A stretch of DNA of 60,000 nucleotides from Callorhinchus milii (GCF_018977255.1 NW_024704742.1:106084001-106144000); one strand, 5' to 3'; counted from the first letter of the stretch, positions 37,496-50,750 are shown. Numbers and translations: made by a program. Notes: generated from the letters alone by a model not told the origin.

Positions 37496-38439
37496 CATTG
37501 AAGCAGGAGAAAGCAAATATAAATTATTAGAATTTGAATGTAGTGAAATAATTACATAAAGAATTAATAGTTCTTACATAAGTAATTATATTTGTTGGTA
37601 GATAGTAAAATCAATTATTTAACATGATATTTATGTACATGGATGCATAACACTGGTATGAGAGCAATAGCATTACTTTAATAGTGGAAGATAAATCAGA
37701 GCATACCATAAATCCTGTGTGATTTAAATATTATTTCTTTAGGTACTGTAAAAGTGAAAGTGATTCAGATAGTCATGTCATCTTTAGTCAGCATTATTCA
37801 TGTGAAAAGATTTGCTGCTGTTAATGAATTGCTTGAGTTGCTTTCCGGTACTATCTGCAGTATATTGATATTAAGAGGTTTAAAATGCTGAGACATTTAG
37901 ACAAATGCCTGAAACCTATTATGGAATCTTGCGCAGTCCAGAATCTCTCAAACATCAAGAGAGCAAACACTTCCTTCGGGTGTTGTCAACAATGTTCGCA
38001 TTTGCCTCTTGATATGTACAAAGTAAAGGCAAAGCACATGAACGCTGAGATACAGCAAGCGTGAATTTATCAAGTAATAATCCACCCTGGACTGTCAGAA
38101 TATGACATGGTTATTAATGCCTGTCAAAATAGTCAGAGACAATACCGATAATAAAAAAAATCTGCCTTTACATCGTAATTACATGTAACAAAGTGCTAGC
38201 AGTGATACACGCTTGGAGCACATTTTCTATTTCAATGTTTCAGCTTGGTGTTTTATGTGCTAATCATTGTTTACTGATCTTTTAATTTTTTTTCTATTAC
38301 ATAACTCTGATTTTTTAAGTGAATGTTCATGGGACATGAATCAACCTATCAACATTTTCCCCTGAGGAATCTGACAGAAAGTCTCTACCACACTCGGTTG
38401 AGTTCAGATCCTAGAAGTCATATTTGAGCTATATGGTGC

Positions 38440-38945
38440 TGCGGTCAGGTTGCACCGAGAATACTATGGACAATTCTGGTCTGCGTTACAATTAGGGGTG
38501 TGCTCAGGCCCTAGAGCCATTGCAACAGAAAGTAATTACAATGATCCTCAGTGTTAAAGGAATGAACCATGAGCAACAGTTAGGCAAGCTAGGGTTCTTT
38601 AGTCTTGAAAGGAGGCATCTCAAAAGGGACTTTATACAGGTGTACAAGATTTTAAATGGTTTGAGAAAGCAAAACCAGAACAATGCTTTGGGATGCAGTA
38701 AGACAAGAGGACAGAGGTTTAGAGTTGCAAAGGGCAATTTCAGGAAAGACATTAGGATTTTTTTCTTACCTCAGAGGGTAATTAACAACTGGAACAGGTT
38801 ACCAGGAAAGGTGGTTGAGGTTAAGGCCAGGACACTGGACTAATTTAAAAAAACAGCTTGATGCTGTTATGGGAAGATTATAAGGTCTGGAGGGATGAGA
38901 TCAAATGGCTGAAGGGCTTTCTTCATGTGTCCAAATCTTTCATTT
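38440..38945 (+). mobile_element. CR1 3' fragment
   Basis: LGFFSLERRHLKRDFIQVYKILNG...TRGQ..KGNFRKDIR..RVINNWNRLPGKVVE. Confidence 0.9.
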
Positions 38946-39260
38946 TGTGGATTGTTCAACTACAGCTGCAGACATGGCTTTGAACTTCTGCCTGAGATGT
39001 CATTAATCATGGGTTAATTTGAGATCCATCCAAACACAGGGATAATCACTCAAAATCTCAATTTGATACATTTTGGAGATGTTTATGTATTACATTTTGT
39101 TTGTTTTGAAATCTCCAATAAAACGAATTGAGAAAATATCTCTTTATCTTAATAATACTCTTGAGAGCATCTCTAAAATTCCATCCAGCCATTACATTTA
39201 TTTTATATTAACATTTAAGATTGGACATTATAGTGGAAAATTCTTAAATTCAGTGTTAGT

Positions 39261-39581
39261 GGAGTCCTGTAGCTCAGTGGTTAGAACACTCGCTTTGCAA
39301 GCGAGAAATCTGAGTTCAATTCCAGGCAGGGCGAAACCTTGGGCAAGTTTCCTTACTCCACATGCCTAATAATAATCCCTCCAAAACCAAAAATAATAAT
39401 AAAATTGGTCATTTTCAATCTACGACTGTTTGTGGGAAGTTGCTGTGCGCAATTGGCTGCCGCGTTCGCCCACAAATATACAGTCAATTCACTTTACAGT
39501 GTGTTCTGTGAAGCGCTTTGGGACGTCCTCCTGACGTGAAAAGCGCTATATCAAATGTAAGGATTATTATTATTATTATTA
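39261..39581 (+). mobile_element. Full-length tRNA-derived SINE, short subfamily
   Basis: Closely similar to 28178-28494 from the tRNA head to the (TTA)n tail. Confidence 0.95.
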
Positions 39582-39730
39582 ATTTGGAAGCCAGGTAAGA
39601 AGAGCCAGTTTCAAATTAGACTGAATTGAAGAATTTTCCACAATTCTTCATGATCTTATATTTTAAGACAAGACAGTCTTATTCACTAAGACTAGATAAA
39701 ATTTCAGATGCATTTTACATTCTTAAATAA

Positions 39731-40092
39731 AGAATCCTGTAGCTTAGTGGTTAGATCAATAACCAAGCGATACAACCTGGTTTACATTCCTGGACAGGGT
39801 GAAATGCTGGGCAAGTTTCCTTACCCCACATGCCTCTGTTTACCTAGCAGTAAGTAGGAACCCGGTTGTTAGGCAATTGGCAAATTGCTTTTCCGGGGGT
39901 AATAATCCCTTTTTTAAAAAAAAAATTGGTTACTCGATTCACGACTGTTTGTGGGATACTGCTTTGCGCAATTGGCTGCTGTGTTTTGCCAACAAAATAT
40001 ACAATCAATTCACTTTACGGTATATTCTGTGAAGCGCTTTGAGCTGTCTCGAAGACGTGATAAAGTGCTATATCAAATGCAAGGATTATTAT
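39731..40092 (+). mobile_element. tRNA-derived CORE-like SINE, long subfamily
   Basis: Degraded head plus extra central gcctctgtttacctagcagtaagtaggaacccggttgttagg... segment. Confidence 0.9.
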
Positions 40093-41524
40093 CAGTAAAT
40101 AAAACTTACTTCAAAACTAAAATGAAATGATAAAGTTATTATGAATATCAAACTCAATATTCAGAAATGCTCAACAGCAGGTCAGATCATTCTGAAGCCG
40201 TATGCTCATACTGTATTTGGAAGACATAAAGTCATGTACTTCCTCTCAACATGAAAGGCACTATACAAATGTAATTTTGTATTTTTTTGTATTGTATGTA
40301 GATAGTTCACTTCCACTCACCACAATTCAACAGCACTGTAAATAATTAAATTGGTTCAATATTTGCATTACATTTGCTGGTGGTAAAAATAATCCTTTTT
40401 TCAAAAACAAAAATCAGTTAAACACATGTGAAAATGATTATCACAGGGTAGCCCCAGAGGTCAAAGGATGGGGTTATATGAAATATATATTTTTTTAAAA
40501 AACTAAAAGAAGCAAAGGGAACATTATCATCAGTCATAATAGACTCAAATGTATATTGTTTCAAAAGGTGGCAAGGTTTTGCTAATGGTTCAAGCTATCG
40601 ATCACCAGCAAATTTACTCTCTTACCAGCTGTACCATTTTACACAGTGTTTATTATTGCAGTACTGTTTCTCCAAGTGATACTGGGACCTCATTCCAAAC
40701 TGCTTTCCGCATAGAGGAAATTCAGGGCAAGAGAGGGAGAGAAGGGGAGAACACAAGCCCACGTGTGCAGGGAGCTGCATGTGTACAGACTGCATTTTTG
40801 ACATTTTTGACATTCACATCCTGGGAAAGCAGAATGGAGTCAGTGACTAGTTACTGATGGATAGGTTTGCACTTTGGATACCACACATGCAGATGCCTAC
40901 CTGTGACTTGAAAGCTACCCAGGAAGACTGACAAATCTACTAGCCCTTCAAACAACCACAGCAAAACCCATTAATGCTGCATAATGACTTGGGGACATCA
41001 GATCAGTGGCTTTCATCTTAAATCATTCTGCTAAACCAATGGAAAAATCGATGTAGTTTGTTGCATCCATAGGCCCTGACAGCAACTAGAGTGATTTTTT
41101 GGATTCCTTGGCTAACATTAACTTTATTCGATATATTCTCTGAGGACCTTTGCAACCAAAACCCCCAGCATTACAAAATCTTGGAGATTTCAATGCAGTA
41201 ATGGAAAAGTTGAATTACACTGTCATTTTGTCATATCTTCTATTTTGAGGGGGCGGAAACTTGTAAAGTTGCTGTTTTGCAATTCCAATGAAAGGCTTTC
41301 AGTAATATTCTTCATTCCAGATACTGAATTGCTCGACTCCAGATGTGATTAAAACTGGTAGATTGCTGAGTAATGAAATGAACTGGATGGTTAACCAAGT
41401 TATCTCTTGATTCCTGTGTGTACTGGAATTCATGAACAGTAGATATTTTAGTTTATACTTGGGAGGTTTTCTGTGCATCCATCTATAACTAAAGTGGTGG
41501 CAGCCTGAGGGAATACAAGAAAAA

Positions 41525-41860
41525 TAAACAACATGCATTCTATAGGGCTTATCACGTCGAAACATCTTAAAGCGCTTCACCGTAATGCGAAGTGTAGTGA
41601 CTGTTTTTGTACGCAAATGGTGGCAGCCATTTTCTGTGCAGTGAGGTCGAACAAAAAGCCATGGGGAGAATGACCAATTTGATCTGGTTGATTGTTGGTC
41701 AAGACACCAGAGAAATGCCTATCTGTTTTGAAATACTGTTATGTCATGAGAACTTTAAAGTCCACAGAAGAACAAGATGATATTTAATGTTTAATCTGAA
41801 AAAATGTCTACAAAGCAGCACTTCCCTAGTACCTCACTGGAATGTCATCTTAAATGATGA
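41525..41860 (-). mobile_element. Deu-domain SINE, degraded
   Basis: Reverse-complement tail and ttggtcaagacaccagagaa...gcagcacttccctagtacctcactggaatgtca. Confidence 0.65.
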
Positions 41861-41877
41861 GCTCAAACATCTGAGTG

Positions 41878-43955
41878 AGGATCAGCGTGGATGCTGATGC
41901 TGCCATTGCCTGAGGTGCGGAGGCGCTGGTGCAAGCCAATCAGGAGGGCCTCGATTTTGCTGACATTCAGCTATAGAAGGTTAGCTCTCATCCAGGACTT
42001 GATGTCTGACAGACAGTCTGTCAGGACAGCAGTTGTCCTGGAATCGAGGGTGGAGACAGAAAGATAGAGTTGGTTGTCATTCGCGTACATGTGGAAGTTG
42101 ACCCCATGTCTGCGGATGATGTTACCAAGGGGGAGAATGTAGAGGTTGAAGAGGAGGGGACCAAGGACAGAGTGCTGAGGAACACTGCACGAGACTGTGC
42201 AGGGACTGGAAGAGAAACCATTGCTTGAGACAAATTGGAGATGGTGTAAGAGATAAGACCTGAACCATTCAAGGACACAACCTTGAAGTTTGAGGTGAGA
42301 GGAGAGGTGGTGGAGGAGGATGGAGTACTCCACGGTATCGAAGCCAGCAGAGAGGTCGAGGAAAATGAGGAGGCAGAGGGAGCCCTGGTCACAGATAGAC
42401 AGGATGTCGTTTGTGAACTTGACCAGAACAGTTTCCGTGCTGTGAGTAGCACAGAAACCCAATTGGAGGGGCTCATGAAGGCAGTGGAAGGAGAGGAAGG
42501 AGTGAAGCTGGGAAGCAATGACTCTTTCAAGGACCTTGGAAAGAAAAGGGAGGTTGGAGAAGGGCCAATAGTTAGAAAGCAGGGATGGGTCCAGGGAAGG
42601 TTTTTTCAGGATGGGGGATGATTATAGCAGTTTTTGGGAGATGGGAACAGTGCCAGATGATAGGGAGAGATTGCTGATGTTGGGGAGTAGAGGGGAGAGG
42701 AAGTGGAGCTGGCTGGTAAGGAGAGGGGTGGGGATGGGGTCAAGTGTGCACGTGATGTGTTTCAAGCTGGACATAGTGGTGATGAGAGAGGAGGGGTAGA
42801 CAGGTTCAAAGATGTGAAGGGAGGGAGGGATGGGTAGAGGTCCGAGGATGGGGGGAGATGAGGAGGGACTGGGCGGAGGCAGCTGAATGGATCTTCTCGA
42901 TATTGGACTCGAGGAAATTCAGCATCTCTTCACCGTCAGCATTTGAGGAGAGAATGGGCGAGGCGGGGGAGGGTGGATGGAGGAGCCAAATAATGGTGGA
43001 AAATAGGAGCCTGGGGTTGTCCTTCGTCTCCAAGATTATCTTGGAGTAGAAGGACAATTTGGTAGAGGCGAGGGCAGAGCAGTAGGTTTTGATGTGATCC
43101 AGCCAAATCTGCCAGTGCACAGTTAGATCAGATTTGAGCCAGGTGGTTTCAGCAGCCCACACCTGACCCTTGAGGGAACGGAGGTGGTTGGTGTACCAGG
43201 GTGAGGTTCTTGAGTAGGAGGCGTTTTTTGGAGGTGAGGGGGCAAGGGCATCAAGATTGGTGGAGGGGGAGCTGTGGAGGAGAATGAACGAGGAGGATAA
43301 ATCAGTGCCGGAGGTAGGCCAGAGTGGGAATAGTTCAGATGACTCCAGGTCAGCGGAGAGGGATTGCGGGGAGATCTTTTTGGTGATGGTGGGGAGAGGG
43401 ATTGAAGAGTTAAAGGGGATGAAATGATGATCAGAGATGGCTTTGTCTGTGATTGAAATAAGTGGCCATGAACGTGGGTGGCTGAGTGGATGTGGAGGGA
43501 AAGGTTGTGAGAGCAGAAGAGAAAGGAGAAGTCCGAGGAGATAGAGCAGGAGGGGGTGAAGTGAAGGTTGAAGTCACCGAGGATGAGAAGGCATTCAGAA
43601 CAGAGGCAGAGGTAAGCTAGGAGGGTGGCGACATCAGGAATGAAGGTGGGGGAGGTTTGGGGTGGGCGGGGCGGTAAATGAGGAGAATTTTGAGGGAAAG
43701 ATTGGAGGGATGGTAGAGTATAAGGTGCGCAAAGGAGGGGGAATGAGCCAGAGGAGTAAGAGGATCGAGTAAGTGAGGTCCTGGAGATGAGGGCCACACC
43801 ATTGCCATGGTGGTTGGGACGGGGGTATGGTGGTAGGTGTAGCCGGGTGATGTGGCATCAGTGAGGGGGAAAGTGTCGCCTGGGGTGATCCAGGTTTCAC
43901 TGAGAGCCATGATATCGATATTTTCACCAATGATGAGGTCACTATGATGAAGTCA
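41878..43955 (-). mobile_element. L2 LINE ORF2 pseudogene (APE plus RT), 3' end missing
   Basis: MALSETWI..LLILGDFNLHF (APE); [39 protein letters not shown] (RT). Confidence 0.95.
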
Positions 43956-44349
43956 TGACCTTCTGACCCAGAGGTGAGATTACTACCAATTGAGCAAAGC
44001 TGACTGGAAGGACATGCCCATATCCCCATTTTCTGAATGAGTGATTTACCACAAGCCTTACAATGATTCAATTTCTACACAATGACCTTTGGTATAGTGC
44101 CTGGATTTTCTTTTTGATCTGCTCAAATTGAACCCAGTACAAAATCCACCAAGAGTTGTCATTTCATTCTCACAATAACTTCTTCCACCTCCTCTTCACT
44201 AGTAAATATCTCTTAAAGCTGTCTTAAACCTCATATTCTTTGTTACACTGATATAGTTTTCAGGTGTACAATCCCTTGAAGAATCCCTTTTATATTCTGT
44301 CATCTTGGGTTACTTATATCTTTCATACACGAAGGTATGGAAAACCGAG

Positions 44350-44560
44350 GAGCTGCTAGTTAATGTGGTCACTTTTCCTCCCCTCTGTATCCTGGATTCA
44401 ATCTGGCCGAGCTTGACAACATGAATGTTCCCTCTATTTGCTGGATGGAAGGGTACTATGTAAATGGGTTTGGGCAGCATCAAACCTAGTGCCCAGTCGG
44501 CACATACCCACAGGACAGAAACTGCAACTAAATTAACATCCATGGCTATAATGGAAGTGG
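44350..44560 (+). mobile_element. Possible LF-SINE-like ancient SINE
   Basis: cctggattcaatctggcc and ctatgtaaatgggtttgggcagcatcaaacctagtgcccagt...ccacaggacagaaact loosely match the recalled LF-SINE consensus. Confidence 0.4.
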
Positions 44561-45274
44561 AAAATCTAGCGGATTCTCTGTTCAGTTTCCAAGATACTCC
44601 ACATCAATCTGATTGCTATACTGTATTGCGAACATTCAAGTGTGCTCATAAGTTCAGTTTAATTACATTTATGGAAAGATTTCAACAGCTTTTCCATACA
44701 AATCTTCTTCATTAAATATTCTTTTCGTATACACCTGACTTAGCCTGAGGCAGAGTTTAAAATGAACCCTACCTGTGGATAGCTAGATATTTTGTCTAAA
44801 AACTTTAAGCTCAAATTCAACGAAGATCTGATATTTGTTTAATGTGTGTTTCTGAAGATATCTATTAAAAACTAAAGTGTAATGTGTCTTGTTGAGCACA
44901 GTAAAATAGAGTTTTACTCTGCTACTGTATAATAGAATTAGAAACTGAATATTAAAAACTGTACAATATCCTCTTTTTGACAGATTTTTTTTATGTGTCG
45001 GCCCGAAACCACGAGTTGGCCATTAATAAAGAGTAAAATTGTGTCACAAATATTTTCAACAATTCATCTCTAAAGGCTAGTGTTCCAGTTGTATCTACAG
45101 AAGCACAAGAAGACTATATTATAAATTATCACTGAGGTTGTAAAAATATGAAAACCACCACTGGATGACTAATGTTGGCACCGAAAAAAAGCACCATCGT
45201 ATAAAAGTGCAGGGTATACAATGTATGTCACATTGACACTTAACTCTGCTTTCAGACCCTTTTTCTAGTATTCA

Positions 45275-45505
45275 TGGACATTTGGTTGCCGCTTTGCTCA
45301 CAAAATGCACAGTCACAGTATTTTACAGTATATCCTGTGAAGTGGTTTGAGACATTTCAAAAACACGGTAAGGCTCTATATCAAATAATAATAATAATAA
45401 TCCTTGCGTTTGATATAATGCCTCATCACGTCTTCGAGACGTCTCAAAGTGCTTCACAGAATATACTGTAAACTGAATTGCTTGTATATTTTGTAGGCAA
45501 AAATG
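45275..45505. mobile_element. Two SINE 3' halves joined tail-to-tail
   Basis: Plus-strand copy ends gctctatatcaaat and runs directly into (aat)n-ccttgcgtttgatata of a minus-strand copy. Confidence 0.8.
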
Positions 45506-46671
45506 CTGTGGTTTGTCCGATCAAATGCTTTTTCAACTGAAAATTATATGTTTTGGTGCTCTTTGTAATTCTGTGTAATGGCTATATATTATACATATTC
45601 ATTAATTCTATGTTAAACAATCACCTGACTTAACCTGAGTCAGTTTTAACTGAGTTTGTCCAGAAGATAAATTTATTATGTATTTAAAATTGCAAGAACA
45701 TCAATGGGGAGGGAATCCAGAGAAGAATGTTATTAAAGGATTTGAAGTTTGGGAGATCTGGTATTTCTGTGCTGGTAAAATTATCCAATAGAGGACAAGC
45801 CAGGTTTCATACTGAAGGGAACTTGTTTGGCCCAGTGTTGGTCGAGTTATGAATACCTAAGCGCGGACAAATATGAATATTGTTGACGTCTCCCTATGTA
45901 CGGGCTTCCAAGCTGCCATTATATTACATTCCACTCTCGTGACTCAATTTCTTTGTCTGGAGCCTCAACAGCAAATGCTGTTTTTCAAAAAGAAATCAAA
46001 CAATATTCTTTTAGGGAAAGACTCAAAAGTTTTCAAATACCTTAGCTGTAAATTGGTGCCCTTATAGTAATAAATAACAACTGTTGGCTTTTGACATGGT
46101 ACCTATAAAATCCAAATGCCTCAAAGTGCTTCCCAGAAAATTGCTGTCAGAGGTAGTAATTATGTACTTGTAGGCAAACCTGACAGCCAACCTACCTGCA
46201 GCAAGTTCCCACAAACATTGTCGGCTGTTACCGCAAAGTACTGTGTATCCTAAATCCTGTGAGACACTTTGGGAGGTCCTTCCTGCATTAAAAGGTACTA
46301 TATCAAATTCAAGGATTATCAGAAGAGAATGTTTTTATTTTACTACTTTTGAACTGCACTTGGCCATCCAGGCACAGCAAGTATATTAGCAGACAATGTA
46401 TGATCAAAGATCAAAGAGAAATTCTGCTGCAAAATAAGAGTGTCTGCAGAGTAAACAGAAGAGAATGCTTGCCCAAAATAAAATGTATAAAACGTCAACT
46501 TACCTTCAACTGAAAGAGTTAAAGGAGCTTTGGCTTTCATGAAAGAGCATTTGACAAACCTTTTCACTTGAATCTTAGGAAGAAGGACACTCATGCCTCA
46601 TTTCTGACATGATGTCTGCATTGCAAGTGACATTTGTCGCCACTTTGCCTCAAGATTGCCACTGCTATTTA

Positions 46672-46860
46672 GAAAAATTGATTATTTATATTTCAATCCA
46701 CGACTGTTTGTGGAACACTGCTATGTGCAATTGTCTGCCGCATTTCACCCACATGTATACAGTCAATTCACTTTTTAGTATGTTCTGTGAAGCACTTTGG
46801 GATGTCTAGAAGACGTGAAAAGTGTCATATTAAATGCAAGGATTATTATTATTATTAATA
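46672..46860 (+). mobile_element. SINE 3' half
   Basis: tcaatccacgactgtttgtgg...aaatgcaaggattattatt. Confidence 0.85.
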
Positions 46861-48914
46861 ATAATAATTAATTAATTAAATGTTCAAGAGTTAATTGACC
46901 AATTTAATGGATGGAGAATATTTCTATATTTCATGAAACTGTTTTTTGTCCAAACATTATTGAACTCTAGTAATAGTTTAGAGACATTAATATCAATGTT
47001 ATTGAATAGTTGTTCCTTTTTAAAAAAATGTTTCAGCTGGTTATCAAAATATTTTAAGCTGCTGTTCACCAAATATCTTGCTTTCATTATTCATTGATTA
47101 TTTCCAAGTTATCTGAATTGAACTGTGCCTGAAAGGCCGATGTCCGCAATACAAATGATACTCAATTGCATCGTCCTTCAGTATGTGTAATGAAAAATAA
47201 TGTAACCTTCGTTTTGTGCATTATTTTGCTGAGGTTCTAAAAGGGCCGTGAAGATTTGTAAAAACAGAAATATTAAAGAACAAATTGAACTGCAGATAGG
47301 AGTCGAATCATCACAGTTAGATAAAAGCACTGAATGTTATAAATTGAAGGGATTAAATTTTTTCTACTTTCAATTGACTTGCCGAGTCTAAATTGAAAAG
47401 GTGGATCAATAATCACCTGAACTAGGATTCCTTAGTAAGACCACTTCTGTAATAGATGTGCTGAACTCAGTCCTTTGTCTAGTCCAATTAGAGCTTTACT
47501 TGAGCTCTCTTCCCTCACCAAGAGACTTTTCTGCTACAAGTTAATGGAAGATTTTGTTTTTCCTTCGCTGGGAGCAAAGGGATGAGTGCCAAAGTCTTTA
47601 TTTAGTCCACTTATCACACAGACTGCCTCAACATACTGTGTGTGTAGCTTTTTGCTTGACAGCTACTTTTGTGTCAAGAGATATTGGCGCGTGTCCAATG
47701 CTGAACTGATCAAATCCATTCCCTGAATACATATGAAAAATGTGCCACCACCTACTTCAGCTAAATGAATTCCAAGAACGGTATATTTCCATGAAGGATA
47801 AGGCCTTAGAATAAATGGTATTATTTTAGGAGATATATTCCTACTTGAAATGATATTTCGGTAAATTCCACCTTTGAGCCAAATATGTTTTTTCTAAGTT
47901 GATGGGGTCACAATTAAAAGGTGATATGTAACACTGGAGTCATGTTTGTTTGTAGAATATAATTTCCTGGTGATCTACTGGGGGTGCTTGTTTTGCTTAA
48001 CTGGCAGTATAATGTGGAGATACATTCAGTTCTCTAGTAGTGTCATGGAGCTACACATCCAAACTCCCCGGTAATCTGTTGAGGGCTATTTCCGTGGAGG
48101 ATTGGGAAGGCTCTCCCTGCTTTGTGTAGATATTTGCTTTGGCCTAAAGATTTGGTCTTAGATACATGTGTGGCACTTAAATTGTATTCAAGTAAAATGA
48201 TGCATGACAGCTGCTTGGCTGAAGAGGATTGCTTTCAGTGTGCTTTTATTGCAAAAGAATAGCCATATCGCTTAGATTCTGAATCCCGAGAAACAGGCAG
48301 AGGTTTTTGCATGCAGTTGCTTAATTCAGAGATGCCCTCTGATAAAGTATTGTTACAAAAAGTCAAATTGTCAGAGATAATTGATGTATTAAGGTGTTAA
48401 AATGTTACTGTCTCTGATCTTATCTTCTGTGGATGTTGTTAGGCATCTTCCCTATAGAAGCCCAGAAAAGCTCTTTGCTGAGAAGGGAAATTGATTGCAT
48501 TTTTTCCAGAGCTCACAGACTTGCACTGGAGCCAAGTTAACATTTATTTCGATGAAAAATTACTCAGCGAGATAGCATAAAAAGAGATTTCTTTTTTTCC
48601 TTTTAACAGGAAGAATCAACAGGCATGGACTTTGTCATTATGTGCTTATTTTAAAAGAAGCTGTCTTTTGGGCTGGAGCACACCCAGAGGGTTTGGCTGC
48701 TACCTTTTATCTCTGAAGTTCCTTGAATGAATACTGAAAGTTTAGAACATCTGTGCAGAGGTGATAAAGATAACCTGTACAATGTGCATAGAAATAATGT
48801 GCATAGAAATGTACAATATAACCATTGCACTTTTCAATATAATGCACTACATTGTAACGTTATTGTGGACTAAGTTTAAATTGACTTTATTTGGGGGGGG
48901 GGGGGGGGGGTGTC

Positions 48915-49035
48915 AGTCAGGTGTCACATGGGAAACCCATCATCATGCTTAAGAGTATCCAAACCAGATTGGGTTCCATACCTGCCATCTACACATGGAA
49001 ATTCCTGAGTCTGGAATGCAATGCACATTCTCTCC
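48915..49035 (+). repeat. Unclassified interspersed repeat, copy 3
   Basis: catgggaaacccatcatcatgcttaagagtatccaaaccagattgggttcca...catggaaattcctg..ggaatgcaatgc. Confidence 0.75.
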
Positions 49036-49649
49036 CTGCTGACATAATTCTGGAGAATATTAGGCATTGGTTGATAAGAGCCAAGGCTTAGGAACCCCAG
49101 AGTGTGCATTGGAGGTACTGCTACCAAAAACCACATAGCTTGCCATTCAGAGTGCACTCTGGCAAGCCTTCAGTTGTTTATCCAGCTAGGACCACTCTAC
49201 CTATTAGGGCTTTGGCTTGAAGGGTCAATAGAAGCTGAGTGGGAAGTATCCCTGCCCCCAATATTTTTTTTATTTTCATAGGATGAAATTACTATGCATC
49301 CACATTTTATTTTTACTCACTAACCTGTTAAAGGTTTGAGAAGAGTGGATTTATAGGACATTATTATTAGAACTTGAATAATTTAAGTGGGTTTGTTTTA
49401 TACCTTAAGATTCTTCTTTTATAATATTTCTCCTGTGATGCCTTCACAGCCAATACAACCTTGTTTATGTGCACATCTGAGTCTGTGAGGGAAGTTCACA
49501 AAATCATTTCAATTATAAGATCACACAATTTTCTGTCTCAATGCTCTGAAATATGAGCTCCTGGAGGTGCCACAGTAGCTGTCCTTGCCAAGTTTCAACC
49601 AAATAGAAACAAGCAGATGTTTTCTCTACTTCCAATGTCAGGGCTTTGA

Positions 49650-49967
49650 ACTAAGGTGCTGGGGAGTATTGCATTGTCGGAGGTGCCATCTTACAGATGA
49701 GATGTTAAAATCAAGGTCCCGTCTGCCTGTTCAGATGGATGTTAAAAATCCCATGGCAGTATTCAAAAAGAGAAGGGAGTTTCTTACGGGGCCCTGGCCA
49801 ACAATCTCCCCAATAAAATTGGTCACTCACTCCGTCATTGTTCGTGGCACATTGCCATTTGGAAATTGGCTTCACAGTATATTCTGCGGAGAGCTTTGGG
49901 GCATCCTCTCAATGTGAAAGGTGGTTTGCCAAGTGCAAGGATAATTATTATTACTATTATTATTATA
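49650..49967 (+). mobile_element. Deu-domain SINE
   Basis: gcattgtcggaggtgccatcttacagatgagatgttaaaatcaaggtcccgtctgcctgttcagatggatgttaaaaatcccatggcagtattc. Confidence 0.85.
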
Positions 49968-50214
49968 AGTGCTCCAAGATGCTACCCATATGAAAACCAC
50001 TATAAAATACAAGTTATTGTTGTTCAATGATGTGATAAAGATCTATATTAAATACAAGGATTATTAAACAAATCACACAAGTTTGGCCGTTGATTTCTGT
50101 GACATGAAGTATCTTTATATAAATGATCCTGGAGCCAAGCAATTGAGTGTTATAATGAGACATTTGCTGTTGTGAGCTTACAGCAACATAGCATTGTATA
50201 CAGTTCAACATCAT

Positions 50215-50750
50215 TCCTTATTTAAGGAAGGATGTACTTGCCTTGGAGGGGGTGCAGTGTAGATTTACTAGATTAGTACCAGGGATGAAAGGGATGAGTT
50301 ACGAGGATAGGCTGACCAATTTGGGCCTATATTCTCCAGAATATAGAAGAATTAGAAGGGATCTTATAGAAACCTGTAAGATCATCAAAGGGCATGATAG
50401 AGTAGATAGTGGGAGATTGTTTCCCCTGGTTGGAGAAACTAAGACCAGGGGTCACAACCTTAAAATCAGAGGCCAGCCCTTTCGCACTGAGTTGAGGAAG
50501 AACTTCTTCATTCAAAAGGTGGTGAATGTATGGAACTCACTACCCCAAAGGGCTGTTGACGCTCAGTCCTTGAACATATTCAAGACTGAGATAGATAGAT
50601 TTCTTATTGCAAAAGGGATTAAGGGATATGGGGATAAGGCAGGGTTATGTTATTAGCTGAAGTTAGATTAGAAGATCAGTCATGATTGAATGGCGGGGCA
50701 GGCTCGAAGGGACGTATGGCCTACTCCTGCTCCTACATGTTATGTTATGT
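50215..50750 (+). mobile_element. Shark-type CR1 (HER1-like) LINE 3' end
   Basis: 137-aa frame EGVQCRFTRLVPGM..RDLIE..TRGHNLKI..VVNVWNSLP; 3'UTR ggcctactcctgctcct with (tgtta)n. Confidence 0.95.

Noticed and set aside
48892..48910. Poly-G run as a functional G-quadruplex
   Set aside because: Simple homopolymer with no supporting context; its length is unreliable in assemblies.
50243..50656. 137-aa ORF
   Set aside because: CR1 ORF2 C-terminus of a 5'-truncated copy, not a host CDS.
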